DNA from: Mustelus asterias
Taxonomy: Eukaryota
Reading direction: 5' to 3'
Length of the DNA stretch: 64,000 nucleotides
Assembly: GCF_964213995.1 (NCBI RefSeq)
Contig: NC_135830.1
Span: 992,001 to 1,056,000, forward strand
The position numbers and the translations under genes were made by a program. The notes under the pieces are model-generated. The model was not told where the DNA came from, searched no databases, and saw nothing but the letters and a program-made list of their open reading frames with translations. Shown here one piece after another: positions 49,264 to 61,904 of this stretch; the first letter of the stretch is position 1, and each line of letters opens with the position of its first letter.

Positions 49264-49339
49264 GGTGCATTACAACACTGCAACCGGCAAGAACGTCGAA
49301 CTGTGCTGTCTGACTGTACTTCAGAACCATGTATTCTCT

Positions 49340-49410
49340 GTTTCTGAAGTGTAGTGTTTAATGCATTCACCTAACACGTGAAAGATTCCCTGTTTGAAAT
49401 AGCACAACAG
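49340..49410 (+). pseudogene. tRNA-Val(AAC) pseudogene, divergent from the previous copy
   Basis: GTTTCTGAAGTGTAGTGTTTAATGCATTCACCTAACACGTGAAAGATTCCCTGTTTGAAA. Confidence 0.72.
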
Positions 49411-49732
49411 TGTTCAAACTTACTCATCACTCAGTGTGAGGAAAGGTTACCTCACCTCCGTTTGTTGTTAAACATTGAGAGAAAACATTATCTAACAGCC
49501 TCACTGCATTTTGCTCTTCCCCAAACATGAAATAATATTCTGCAAGATGCTCAGTTATGGCGAAACAGACAAAAATTGGCAAAATTTCATTTTATGGTTC
49601 TAATGTTAGATCAATTTATCTGCCGCATGAATAAGGTTTTCAGCCGCATTGCAATTCCACAAAACAACTTCTGAAGTTCAAGCAGACCGCACAGTTTGAC
49701 CTTCTGGACCAGTCGCTTTCAGACTGAGCGAC

Positions 49733-49805
49733 TATTCTGTATTGAAGGGGTTATCACATTCAGTTCATATTTGCGCAGGTCCCAGGTGCTAAACGGGGCA
49801 GAAAA
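49733..49805 (+). pseudogene. Highly decayed tRNA-Val-like pseudogene
   Basis: TTCTGTA..GGTTATCACATTC..AGGTCCC..AAACGGGGCAGAAA. Confidence 0.45.
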
Positions 49806-50863
49806 ATTATCAAATGTCACTGTTCTAAAGTTTCTGAATTCAAGTTAATTGTTGAATGTGAACTGAATTGGGTATCAATTAAAATATGGAATATTTACTC
49901 ATCATCATTTCTGAGAAAATACACCAAGCAAAATCGCCAGTGCTTTCTGCTGGCAGGCAATGTTTGGAGAGTGGGGCGCTGGAATATTGCTGCTTTTCCC
50001 TGTCTCATACGCTGTAAAACTGAGGAAGAGAGAATAATTAATTAGTTTGTTAGAATGTAATAATTTAATTAATTTATAATGGGTTAGATGTAGACACATG
50101 TTGAGTCTAATAGTCGGAGCCCACCCATTGCAGACACATCCATGTTACCAGGAAACAGCTCTCCTACAACTGGTGCCGTCTGCCTTCAAACCTTTCAGTG
50201 TCTTATCTGCAACCAAATATTCTGATTGTCCCGAAGCTGATATTAGGTTTGAATTCCTGATGTGCAGTAACGAGAATCCTTCCAATATCTCCGATCAGTT
50301 AATTTCACTGATAAAATCAGAGTCAATGGTCCAGTCCCTTGAAGAAGGGGAAGGTGCCTTGATTGTCTTTGCTCAGTCAGACAGTTCAACCTTCATTCTC
50401 CTCTGATTCCAGTTCCCACAGAATTTCTAAAGATTCACAAAGGTGCAGACTGGATTTTCTGGTCTGGTTCCTTCTCAATTTCCCTCGCCTGCCAAATGAC
50501 AATATTTTTCAAAATCTCTCAATCTTCTGCCTTGCATCATTTACAGGGATGAGGAAATGCAGTTTTGTGGGGAGATTATAGTAATGTGGATTGGTATCTT
50601 TGGAGCAAAGAAAGTGAAACGGAGCTTTCAATATTATGGGGTAGGGATGGGTGATGTGATAGAACAGATTGGGAGAAACTGTTTTCACTGATGAGTGTCA
50701 GTAACCAGAGGACTGGGATTGAAGATAATTAAAGAAACACATATTTTCATTGAAATAGCACCGTTCCCGACCAGCCCAGCACATGCCACTTTTAAGCTAA
50801 ACACGCGCATTCTGTAGTGCAGCCACATTTATAACATGGAAACAATAATAAAAAAACAATCAC

Positions 50864-50936
50864 TAAAGACACCTGGATTTAAACCACAGATCTCTGACAC
50901 CTGCAGTCAAATCCTCTACCACTGAGCTATACCCCC
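50864..50936 (-). pseudogene. tRNA-Cys(GCA) pseudogene
   Basis: GGGGGTATAGCTCAGTGGTAGAGGATTTGACTGCAG; 3' half mutated. Confidence 0.82.
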
Positions 50937-52251
50937 AATACACAGAATACAACCATTTTGTTGCTTAGCACCATCCCATTTGTCATATAATCACTCCAGC
51001 CTTGCATCCAATCACAAAACTGTTTACTCTTTTTTCCTCTCCCTCTCTTTTTTTCCTGACTCTGAACTTGGTTGCAAATGATTGAGCTCTAATTTCTTCC
51101 AGTTTGGATAAAAATTCACCAACTTGAAACATTCACTTTATCTCTCTATGGAAGTTGTTTCCCCTGAGTGATTCCAATATTTTCTGTTTTGAGGTGGGAT
51201 TTGCAGCAACTGCAGTATCCTGTTTATGGGTCACAGTGGATCAGCTTTCTCTGACTGAACCTTACCTGTTTACATAGCTAAAGGGCTGAGGTTTTAAATA
51301 ATAAGCACCAGAATATGTCACCCTGTATGATATGAAATGAAATAAATGAATATTAGTCATTTGATAAAAATATTAATTATGGAATATGTGTTTCATTGTC
51401 AAGGCCAGCATTTGTTGGCCATCACTATTTTCCCTTGAACGAAGTATTTTGCTGGGCCATTTCATATGGACAGTTAAGAGTCAATCCCATTGCTGTGGGT
51501 CTAGAGTCCCACAGAGACCAGACTGGGTAAAGATGGCAGATTTCCTTCTGGAAAGGTCCAGATGTGTTTCCATTACAAATGGAAAAAAGCTTCATTAATG
51601 AGACGAGCTTTCACTTCAGTTTCAGTTCTCGGCTATGGTTTGATCTGGACCTGTCTTCCTGGGCCCTGGAATTCATACTCCTCTGATTTTACCACAATAT
51701 CACCATCTTCCCAGAAGAATGTAAGCGAAAATCCTCCATGAGGAATCAAACCAGGTAATTTCACATTGAAAACAATCATTCTGATCAGTGCACTGTGGAA
51801 ATCAGCATAAGACAACCTGGATATACAGGAATTGACTGGACATCACTCGTTCTATATTAAACTGAAGGTGATCACAGATCACAGTCCAATCCCGCAGCCC
51901 TACATTGACAGGAGAAAGTCCGCTCTGTAACTTGAGGATGAGGCTGTATGAACTCTAACCGTTTTAATCAGAAATTGGCTTGAGTTATTCGATACACAGG
52001 CTGTTCAAAGCTGTTAACTTGTCACATATTGAAGGAATTCCTCTGAAAGTAAACTCACCAACTAACCTCAGACACTGGTTGGTGCTGTATTTAACACTCA
52101 GCATTAAATTAGTGCTGATTTACAGTGAATCACTGAATGGTCTTTGGAATCTATGTTGCTTGTTTAGTGAAATATCTCTCCTATCAGTGCTGAACTGCTG
52201 GATAACTGCTTACATTTAGAGATGTCTAGAAAGAATATGTCCAGATTTAAT

Positions 52252-52598
52252 GGGTGGCACGGTAGCACAGTGGTTAGCACTGCTGCTTCACAGCTCCAGG
52301 GACCTGGATTCGATTGCCGGCTTGGGTCACTGTCTGTGTGGAGTTTGCACTTTCTCCCTGTGTCTGCGTGGGTTTCCTCCGGGTGCTCCGGTTTCCCCCC
52401 ACAGTCCAAAGATGTGCGGGTTAAGTTGATTGGCCATGCTAAAATTGCCCCTTAGTGTATTGAGATGTGTAGATTCGAGGGATTAGCAGGTAAATATGTA
52501 TGGGTATGGGGGTAGGGCCTGGGTGGGATTGTGGTCGGTGCAGACTCGATGGGCCCAATGGCCTCTTTCTGCACTGACGCATTTCTATGATTCTATGA
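52252..52598 (+). mobile_element. HE1-like SINE
   Basis: Near-copy of 5942-6290. Confidence 0.92.
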
Positions 52599-52734
52599 TT
52601 AACTGCAAGATGTGATTTGTAACTAATAGGCAATGTTTATGATATGAATTGTAGCCTGGTGTCTCTATGAATTGTGAAGAAAGGTTTAATTCACTCACTC
52701 AGCAGTTTGTGGTGAGCCAGACTGAGGTTTGTTA

Positions 52735-53935
52735 AAGAAAGGTGTATATTTATATAGCACCTTTCACAACTTCAGCATGTTCCATGGTGTGTTACAGACA
52801 ATGAAGTTCTGTGGAAGCGGAGTCACTGTTGTAATGTTGGAAATGGAGTAGTCCAATTGCACACAGCAAGATCCCACAAAGAGAAATATGATTCTGAGCT
52901 GATAATCTGTTCAGTGATGTTTGTTGAGTGATAAATATTAAATAGTAAAACCAGAGAGAAACCCCCTACTCTTCAGAATAACAAAGAACAAAAGAACAAA
53001 GAACAATACAGCACAGGAACAGGCCCTTCGGCCCTCCAAGCCCGCGCCGCTCCCCGGTCCAGGATTGAATCCTGAATCCAGGATCCCCGCCCAATTTTCC
53101 AGCCTATCGACATCCTAATATCCTATCCACCAAGCTGTCCCTCACAGCTACGATGCTTTGTTCATCACAACCTATTAACTCACCCCCACCCCCCCCATTC
53201 CAGACCATGTGATCTCCAGGGAGAGGCGAAAACCCAGAGTGAAAACCCCAGGGCCAATATGGGGAAAAAAAAATCTGGGAAATTCCTCTCCGACCCCCTG
53301 AGGCGATCGAAACGAGTCCAGGAGATCACACTGGCCCTGATCAGAAAATGCTTCCCAACCCTATTCATTTCCACTTCTGCTTTACGAACACCATCTGAAT
53401 TCGCTGCCCCCGAGACAGGTTCCCAACTATCCGCAGTCTCGCTCTGTACTGGCACCAGCAAGATGATCATAGAATGAAGCCTTGAAACGAGAAACAAAGA
53501 ACAATTAGCCCGCGCCGCTCCCTGGTCCAAACTAGACCACTCTTTTGTATCCCTCCATTCCCACTCCGTTCATGTGGCTGTCTAGATAAGTCTTAAACGT
53601 TCCCAGTGTGTCCGCCTCCACCACCTTGCCCGGCAACACATTCCAGGCCCCCACGACCCTCTGTGTAAAATATGTCCTTCTGATATCTGTGTTAAACCTC
53701 CCCCCCTTCACCTTGAACCTATGACCCCTCGTGAACGTCACCACCGACACGGGGAAAAGCTTCCCACCGTTCACCCTATCTATGCCTTTCATAATTTTAT
53801 ACACAATTTTAGAACATCATGAGAACTTTTACATCCAATTAAGAGGGCAAATGGGGCCACAGTTAAAGGTCACATCTGAAAGACGGGACTTCTGACAGTG
53901 CAGGGCTTCCTTGGAGTGGTACATCCTCAGTAGTT
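52735..53935 (-). mobile_element. Old DeuSINE-like (SacSINE1/AmnSINE1-type) element split by a CR1 insertion
   Basis: 53820-53935 resembles the Deu domain (CTTTTACATCCA..GAGGGCA..GGGGCC..TCTGAAAGACGG..TCTGACAGTGCAG); recognised from memory. Confidence 0.55.
52981..53805 (-). mobile_element. CR1 3' fragment with an extra ~470-bp segment in the 3' UTR
   Basis: ORF 53532..53804 closely related to the end of ORF 21930..22943; ACAAAGA tail. Confidence 0.9.
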
Positions 53936-54529
53936 AGGAGCATAGAAACTTAGAAAATAGGTGCAGGAGTAGGCCATTCTGCCCTTCGAGCCTGCACCAC
54001 CATTAATATGATCATGGCTGATCATGCACTTTCAGTATCCCGCTCCTGCTTTCTCTCCATACCCTCAGCATTGCTAACTCAGAGCCATCGGTTAGGGTCT
54101 TGAGTGCCTGCCTGTGTGGATTTTGCACATTCAACCCATATCAGTGTTGGTTTCCTCTGGGTCCTTCCACGGTCTGAAGACGTGTAGGTTCGTTGGATTG
54201 GCTCTAATCAATGCATGTGGTTATGGTGATATGACAGTCAAATAGGCCAACATAGAGTTACATTTCAGAGGATCGATGCAGATTCTATGGGCTGAATCCA
54301 CCTCTGCAGTATCGGGATTCTGTTGCTTCCACAGCCTTTGAGGAATAAATTTCAGACTCTCCGAGAGACAGAAAAATGTTCCCCTCACCTCTGTCCTCAA
54401 TGGATGACACCTTATTTTTATACAGTGAACTGTGGGAATGCAATGCCAATTAGATGTTCTCTTGCTCATTGACAATATTGGATTCTTAGTTACATTATCA
54501 AAGAAATTCGGCAAGTTTCGTTAAAATAA

Positions 54530-54848
54530 GGGGTGCAAGGTGTCACAGTGGTTAGCACTGCTGCCTCATAGCACCAGGGAGCGGGTTCCATTCCAGCCTT
54601 GGGTCACTGTCTGTGTGGAATTTGCACATTCCCCCCATGTATGCATGGGTTTCCTTCAGATGCTCTGGTTTCCTGCCAAAGTCCAAATATGTGCGGGTTA
54701 GCTTGATTGGCCATGCTAAATTGCCCCCAGCGTCAGGGGGTTAGTCGGTTAAATATGTGGAGATATGAGGAAAGGGCCTGGGTGAGATTGTGGCTGATGC
54801 AGACTCAATGGGCTGGATGTTCTCCTTCTGCATTATAGGGATTCTATT
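54530..54848 (+). mobile_element. HE1-related SINE
   Basis: Diverged match to 5942-6290. Confidence 0.85.
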
Positions 54849-55239
54849 TATCTAATTTGTCTCAGAAAAACTGAGTTGGCCTTCCTTAATTACTGCACAA
54901 CTTCCAGGTAATTACTTTTATTCTGAATTTTCGGTTCAAATGCTTTCCCAATCCTAGGCTAAACTGACTGGTCTGTCGGTGCTGGGCTAATCGTTCCATT
55001 TAAGATTAGTGACAATTGAATCTTAATACCAGGAGATGTGAGGAAATTGAGGGGAGTGATAAAACTGTAACTATTTTTAAAAACACTTAACACCAATAAA
55101 TAATATTAATTAAATTCAAGACAGAAAATACAAATAACAAATTCATCTCTGAAGTAAATCATACAAATTAAAATAACCTCATGCTTAAAAACTGAAATAA
55201 ATACAGTAAAAGCTGGAAACACTCATCAAATTTGGACGA

Positions 55240-55555
55240 ATCCTTTTCTCTGTATGGACAAGGCTTCAACGAATCAATTGGGCTGTCCAAACACAAACAC
55301 AATCATGCAAAGGAGAGACTGCAGAAATGTGGAGACTGTGGGAATTGATTCAATTACCCATCCCAGTCAGAAATTCATCGGCGTACTCACACTGGGGAGA
55401 GGTCTGCTCAATGTGTGGGAAGGGATTCACTCCCTCCACCTACTTGCTGACATGCCAGCGGGTTCACATTGGGGAGATGCCATTCGCCTGCTCATTGTGT
55501 GGGAAGGCATTCATTGGGTCATCCCCACCTCCTGAGACGCCAGTGAGTTGACATG
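55240..55555 (+). pseudogene. C2H2 zinc-finger gene relic (about 4 degenerate fingers)
   Basis: [41 protein letters not shown], with a stop and frameshifts. Confidence 0.85.
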
Positions 55556-55749
55556 GAAATTTAGGTATTGGAGTTTGTTATTCATGCATCCATGTCTGAA
55601 CAATATTTATTGGGGCTGGTTCTGCTGATATTAATAAGCTTGAACCCTGTTATTGCTGTTAATATTCCTGAGAAACGTCCAACAAATCAGCTTTGTTTGA
55701 TGCACGCAGTACTGAATCGTTTTAACGTCTTCACTATAAGTTGGTTCCA

Positions 55750-56380
55750 TTGAATGACTCGCCCTCTCCTTTGTCTCCTCCATCCTCACATCCAACAACA
55801 AATGTGAGGAGCTCATGGAGCTTCTTTGTAACTAAGATTGAGACAATCCCATCAGCTGCCTCTGCTGCTTCCCTCCCTTCCACTAGCCCACTGTAAGAAA
55901 CTGTCCCTGAAGTTCAGAGAACAGATATCTCTTCATTTACGTGTCTCTCCCAATTCTCCTCATGCCCATCGATGCCATTCCCAGTAAACTGAACCTCCAA
56001 TTTCAGGTTCACTGATATCACTAGTGGTTCTCTCCTGTCAGACATTGTACCTCTGTTCATCACATCCCCCATCTTTACCCCATCCTTAAAAACAAAGCCT
56101 CCACCCCATCATATTTACCAATTATTGTCCATCCTCAATCTCCTTTTCCTTTCCAAAGTCGATTGCAACTGTTGTCGTCTCCAAATTCTGTATTCATCTT
56201 TCCTGAAACCCATATTTAAATTCCTCCAATCAGGATTCTGCCCTGCCACAGCACTGAACCCGCTCGTACCAAATACTCAAATAGTCGTCTCTGTGAGTGT
56301 GACAGAGGTAAACTATCCCTTCTCGACCTGTCTGCAGCCATTAGCAGGGTTGACCACCATATTCTGCTCCAACTGAACAC
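55750..56380 (+). mobile_element. L2-like RT relic
   Basis: Degenerate similarity to L2 ORF2 (ILNL.FLSK, FLQSGFCP); no long ORF. Confidence 0.5.
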
Positions 56381-58030
56381 ATGAATTAAATTGTGTACAT
56401 AGACCAGATAAACTTTGGGTTTGTACAAAATAAAATACCCTAATGGATAAAATCTAATATAAAAATGGAAAAGCTGGCAATACTCAGCAGGTTCTGGAAG
56501 AAACTATGGAAGGAGAAACAGAAAGTTTTCAGGTCAGTGAGTCAGTGAAGTGGGGGTGGGGAGGGGGGAAGAACTGAAGGAAAAGTCTGTGAAAGGCTGC
56601 AGGACGGGAGAGATTCACTGACAAAAGGTTTCATGGAGCAAGATCAAAGGGAGTGGGAATGTTAAAGACACAAAAGATGTGTCGAGATGAGGCATGAATG
56701 GCATGATAGCAAAGGTTTGGATACAAAGAACAGAAAATAAGTGAGAAATGAGAGAGGGAAAAAAGACATAAAGAAACACGAAAGAAAATGAGGGCAGAGA
56801 TTATGGGACAAATTGAAGGCAATTTAAATTCCTGAGGACTGTAAAGTGTCCCCTTTTCACTGGGTAATAAACTGTTATATTTATTATATCTGTTCACAGT
56901 ACAGATGAAATGTCATAGAGCTGTGACCTTAACATCTGTTTCTCTCTTCAAAGAAACAAGTCTGACCTGTTGGGGACATTATACTCACTGTTTTATATTC
57001 AAGTCTCGTGCGGATTAAAATGAGAAATTTCTTAAATTGAAAACAGAAACTGCAAATTGGGTTCTGATTTTAAACAAATTGCGCTGTCCTGGTGAGCTGC
57101 ACAAACATTTTTCAGATTTGCTGCAGTCATTTAAAACGAGTTTGAAGTTAAATCGCGCAATCCTGTAAATCTAACCTAAACCGAAATAAGCTTCTAGCTG
57201 CTGATGGCTAAAAGGGTGGGGGTGGGGAGGTGTCCGGAGGAAGTCTGACACACACACTGCAAAGGGTCAGCAGGGGAAAGAGGAGTAATTCCTTGGATAA
57301 ACAGGGAGCCAGAGAAAACAGCACAAGGTGGGAATCACTGGGAAGGGAGCAGCGAATTAAAGATCCATCTGAAAATCATCGAATGGTTGCAGCATAGATC
57401 ATAGAATCCGACATCCTTTCCTCTGGAAAGTGAATGGCCTGGATGGGGCACCCAGATGAGCACTCAGATCCTGGGCGGATCAGCTGGCGGGGGTATTCAC
57501 AGACATCTTCAGCCTCTCTTTTCAACAATCTGAGGTCCCTATCTGCTTCAAGAAGATGACCATCATCCCAGTACCAAAGAAAAACCAAACAGCGTGCCGT
57601 AATGAATATTGTCCAATGGCTCTCACACCCTTCATTATGAAGTGCTTCGAAAGGCTAGTCATGGCATGAACCAATTCCAGTCTCCCAAACTGCCTGGATC
57701 CACTACAGTTCACCTGCCTCCTCAACAGGTCCACAGCAGACGCCATCCTCCTGGCCCTGCATTCAACCCTGGAACAACCAGTTAACAGAGACAGCTATGT
57801 CAGACTCCTATTTATTGACTACAGCTCAGCCCTCAACTCCATTATTGCTACGAAACTCATCTCAAACTCCATTGCCTGGGCCTCAGTTCCTCCCTCTGTG
57901 ACTGGATCCTGAACTTCCTAACCCACAGACAACAATCAGTAATGATAGGCAACAACACCTCATGCACAATCATCCTCAACACCCGTGCCCCATGAGGCTG
58001 AGTTCTCAGCCCCGCACTATACTCCTTAGA

Positions 58031-58463
58031 GTGAGAAGTCTCACGACACCAATGTTAGAATCATAGAAACCCTACAGTACAGAAAGAGGCCATTCAGCCC
58101 ATCGAGTCTGCACCAATCACAATCCCACCCAGGCCCTACCCCCATATCCCCACACATTTACCCACCAATCCCTCTAACCTACGCATCTCAGGACACTAAA
58201 GGCAATTTTTAGCATGGCCAATCAACCTAACCCGCACATCTTTGGACTGTGGGAGGAAACCGGAGCACCCGGAGGAAACCCACGCAGACACGAGGAGAAT
58301 GTGCAAACTCTACACAGACAGTGACCCAAGCCGGGAATCGAATCCAGGTCCCTGGAGCTGTGAAGCAGCAGTGCTAACCACTGTGCTACCGTGCTGCCCC
58401 AAAACTGGTGTTGTGAGACTTCTTACTGTGCCCACCCCAGCCCAACGCCAGCGTCTCAACATC
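58031..58463. mobile_element. Mini palindromic Penelope pLTR insertion with an HE1-like SINE (58056-58400, -) at its centre
   Basis: Inverted pLTR ends; degenerate 12-bp TSD ATACTCCTTAGA / ATACTCCATATA. Confidence 0.75.
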
Positions 58464-58609
58464 ATACTCCATATACACCTCTGATTGTGTGGCCAAATTC
58501 CCCTCCAACTCGATTTGCAAGCTTGCTGACGACACCACAGTAGTGGGTCGGATCGCAAACAATGATGAGACAGAATACAGGAATGAGATAGAGAATCTGG
58601 TGAACTGGC

Positions 58610-59212
58610 TTTGTGAAGGGAAGGTCATGTCTCACTAACTTGATCAAGTTTTTCGAGGAAGTAACAAAGATGATTGATGAGGTAAGGCAGTGGCAGTTGT
58701 CTACATGGACTTCAGTAAGGCCTTTGACAAGGTCCCTCATGCAGACTGGTACAGAAGGTGAAGTCACATGGGATTACTATGGGGAAAGGCTGGAACAACT
58801 TGGTTTGTTCCCACTGGAACGACGGAGGTTGAGGGCTGACCTGATAGAGGTCTACAAGATTATGAGGGGCATGGACAGAGTGGATAATCAGAAGCTTTTT
58901 CCCAGGTTGGAAGAGTCAATTACTAGGGGCATAAGTTTAAGGTGCGAGGGGCAAGGTTTAAAGGAGATGGACAATGCAAACTTTTGACACAGAGGGTGTG
59001 GGGTGCCTGGAACTCACTGCCCGGGGATGGTTGTGCAAGTGGATACAATAGCGGCTTTTGAGGGGAGTCTTGACAAATCCATGAATAGGATTGGAATAGA
59101 GGGATATGGTCCCCAAAAGGGTAGGGGGTTTTAGTTCAGTCGGGCAGCATGGTCAGTGCAGGCTTGGAGGGCCATAGAACCTGTTCCTATGCTGTAATTT
59201 TCTTTGTTCTTT
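58610..59212 (+). mobile_element. Nested CR1 fragment with internal deletion
   Basis: GRSCLTNLIKFFEEVT and LERRRLRADLIEVYKIM in ORF 58613..58987. Confidence 0.85.
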
Positions 59213-59310
59213 GGTGCGCCGACAATAATTTCTCCCTCAATGTCAACAAAATGAAGGAGATTGTCATCGATTTCAGGAAGCATAGTGGAGAACATGCCCC
59301 TGTCTACATC

Positions 59311-59498
59311 GTAAGAAGTTTAACAACACCAGGTTAAAGTCAAACAGGTTTATTTGGTTGCAAATGCCACTCGCTTTCGGAGCACTGCCCCTCCGAAAGC
59401 TAGTGGCATTTGCTACCCAATAAACCTGTTGAACTTTAACCTGGTGTTGTTAAACTTCTTACTGTGTTTACCCCAGTCCAACGCCGGCGTCTCCACAA
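59311..59498. mobile_element. Palindromic Penelope pLTR mini-element
   Basis: Inverted pLTR arms; perfect 12-bp TSD CCTGTCTACATC at 59299 and 59499. Confidence 0.88.
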
Positions 59499-60753
59499 CC
59501 TGTCTACATCAACAGGGACAAAGTTGAAATTATAAAGAGCTTCAAGCTTTTAGGTGTACAGATAACCTGTCCTGGTCCCCCCCATGGCAACACTATAGTT
59601 GAGGAAGCACACCAATGCCTCTACTTCCTCAGGAGACTCAGGAAATTTGTCATGTCAGTTACGACTCTCACCAACTTTTACAGATGCACCATAGAAAGCA
59701 TTCTTTCTGGTTGTCTCACTGCCTGGTATGGCTCCTTGCTGTGGGAAATTCTTTTACGTGGCCTGATTAATTTAAAGACTTTTTTAAAGATTTAAAGATT
59801 TAAATCTTTTCATTAAACATTTCATTTCACGAAGGCAAAAAAAGTTTATTCAGTTCAATGAAATTCTTCAATTAAACTAGTTTTTATTAAAACATTGAAA
59901 TGTTAGAATCAAAAACATTACAAATTAACAATATTCAGACAAACATATAATTAGAACAAGACAAATCTCATTTTGGCCAAAATGGGACATGAATATTTCT
60001 ACCTACACAGCTAATGCACGAGCAGCTTTCACAAAATATCTCAGATTTCATACCAAAAAAGTACAATAGTTATACATTTTTTATCAGATTAATCTGCCCA
60101 GCACTTAATTAACAGCAATATTATTCATTCACTGATCTGTCAATCTACTGATGACATGTCTTTCATCAATAATTCTCTGATACCTTCAAATATAACTCTG
60201 TTATTTGTCAGTCTGTTTTACGGAAGCACTCTCCCAAAAAATGGCTTCTTATGATTCAGCATTTTCTCTAGCCAATTTAAACCGGTTCTATTGAAGGCAC
60301 CTTTATCTATTGGACTTATTTTCCCCAGCTGAGATATGCATTGGTAATTTACTTTCTTGCATTATTTGTGCCTGACTTGTGCTGATATCTTTCATGAATA
60401 CATCTTTCATTTCAATAGCATGTTAAAAACACTTCTGGGAGATATTACGATGTTACTTACATATTTTGTATTATTCTCAAACCACATATTAAAACATTAG
60501 CTGCTAATTATCCTCATGTGCGGTATTTAGAATTAATCAGAATTCTCAACTGCAATTCCTCCTGTTGGCCGGATTGGCTAAAAGCAATACAAGTCCAAAA
60601 CTGTGTCTAAAAACTCTATTAATGTTGTCTATCCTATCCTACTTAAGTATTTTCTTTCTATTCAATGTGTTAATGCATCTTTAACTGATTCTTTATTGAT
60701 GCTCATAAAGTATTAATTGCTTTCAGTTAAAAAAAGGTTCTTGTTTTAAATTA

Positions 60754-60968
60754 CTGTGGATGCTGGAATCTGAAACCAAAAGAGAAAATGCTGGAAAAAC
60801 TCAGCAGGTCTGGCAGCAACTGTAAGGAGAGAAAAGAGCTGATGTTTCGAGTCCAGACGACCCTTTGTGAAAGCTTTGGCAGAGGGTCGTCTGGACTCGA
60901 AAAGTCAACTCTTTTCTCTCAGATGTTGCCAGACCTGCTGAGATTTTCCAGCATTTTCTCTTTGGGTT
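60754..60968. repeat. Palindromic repeat, probably from a second Penelope-like family
   Basis: ~95-bp inverted arms around AAAGCTTT; related half-copy at about 46010-46135. Confidence 0.7.
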
Positions 60969-61034
60969 CTTGTTTTAAAATGATACACTATTGTATTCAA
61001 TATCATAAATTGGAGCATCTAAAGAAGCAGAGAG

Positions 61035-61605
61035 GTCACGATGGAGTTGGTGAGGCCACTTCTGGAGTACTGTGTGCAGTTCTGGTTGCCACATTATAGG
61101 ACAGATGTGAATGTACTGGAAGGAGTGCAGAGGAGATTCACCAGGATGCTGCCTGGGGTGGAACATTTAAGTTACAAAGAGATGTTGGGGATACATAGGC
61201 TTGGGTTGTTTTTCTCTGGAGCAGAGAAGAATGAGGGGTGACCTGATTGAGGTGTTCAAGATTATGAGTGGCATGGAGTGGATCGGGAGCAGCTGAAGGG
61301 TCAGTTAGTTACAAGGGGACACAAGTTAAAAGTGAGGGGTGGGAGGTTTAGGAGGGATTTGAGGAAAAACTTTTTTACCCAGATGGTGGTGACAGTTTGA
61401 AATGCACTGCCCGGGAGGGTGATGGAGACGGGATGCCTCACATCCTTTAAAAAGTATCTGGATGAGTACTTGGCACGTCAGGACATTCAAGGCTATGGGC
61501 CAAGTACTGGCAAGTGGGATTAGGTGGGCAGGTCAGGGCCTTTCATGTGTCAGGGCAGACTCGATGGGCTGAAGGGCCTGACCTGCACTTAAAGATTCTG
61601 TGATC
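61035..61605 (+). mobile_element. CR1 3' fragment
   Basis: LVRPLLEYCVQFW peptide in ORF 61041..61241. Confidence 0.85.
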
Positions 61606-61904
61606 CGAACACACTCCCAGCCGGTCTCCCAAATTCAACCTCCCAGAAATCTTGATCTCATCTAAAACTCTACTGCTCGTGTGCTTACTCACACCAAGTC
61701 TTGTTCACCCCATCACCCATGTGCTCACTGAACGACAACAATTCCTGGTGAAGAATTAAAATTTTAATATTCTCATCCATGATTTCCTCCATGGTTGTGA
61801 CCATCACTAGCTCGGTGATCTCCTCCAGACACACACTCTCCGAGATCTCTAGGCTCATCTAATTCCAGCCCCTTAAACATCCTGATTTTAATCACTCCAC
61901 CATT

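Larger units (their letters stand above)
57415..59738 (+). mobile_element. Rex1/Babar-like LINE RT relic with four nested insertions
   Basis: [67 protein letters not shown]. Confidence 0.8.

Noticed and set aside
50098-50500. Possible exon-like purine-rich segment
   Set aside because: Stops in the plausible frames and no recognisable family.
51730-51805. Further tRNA-like remnant (also about 37372-37410 and 49670-49732)
   Set aside because: Too degenerate to assign by eye.
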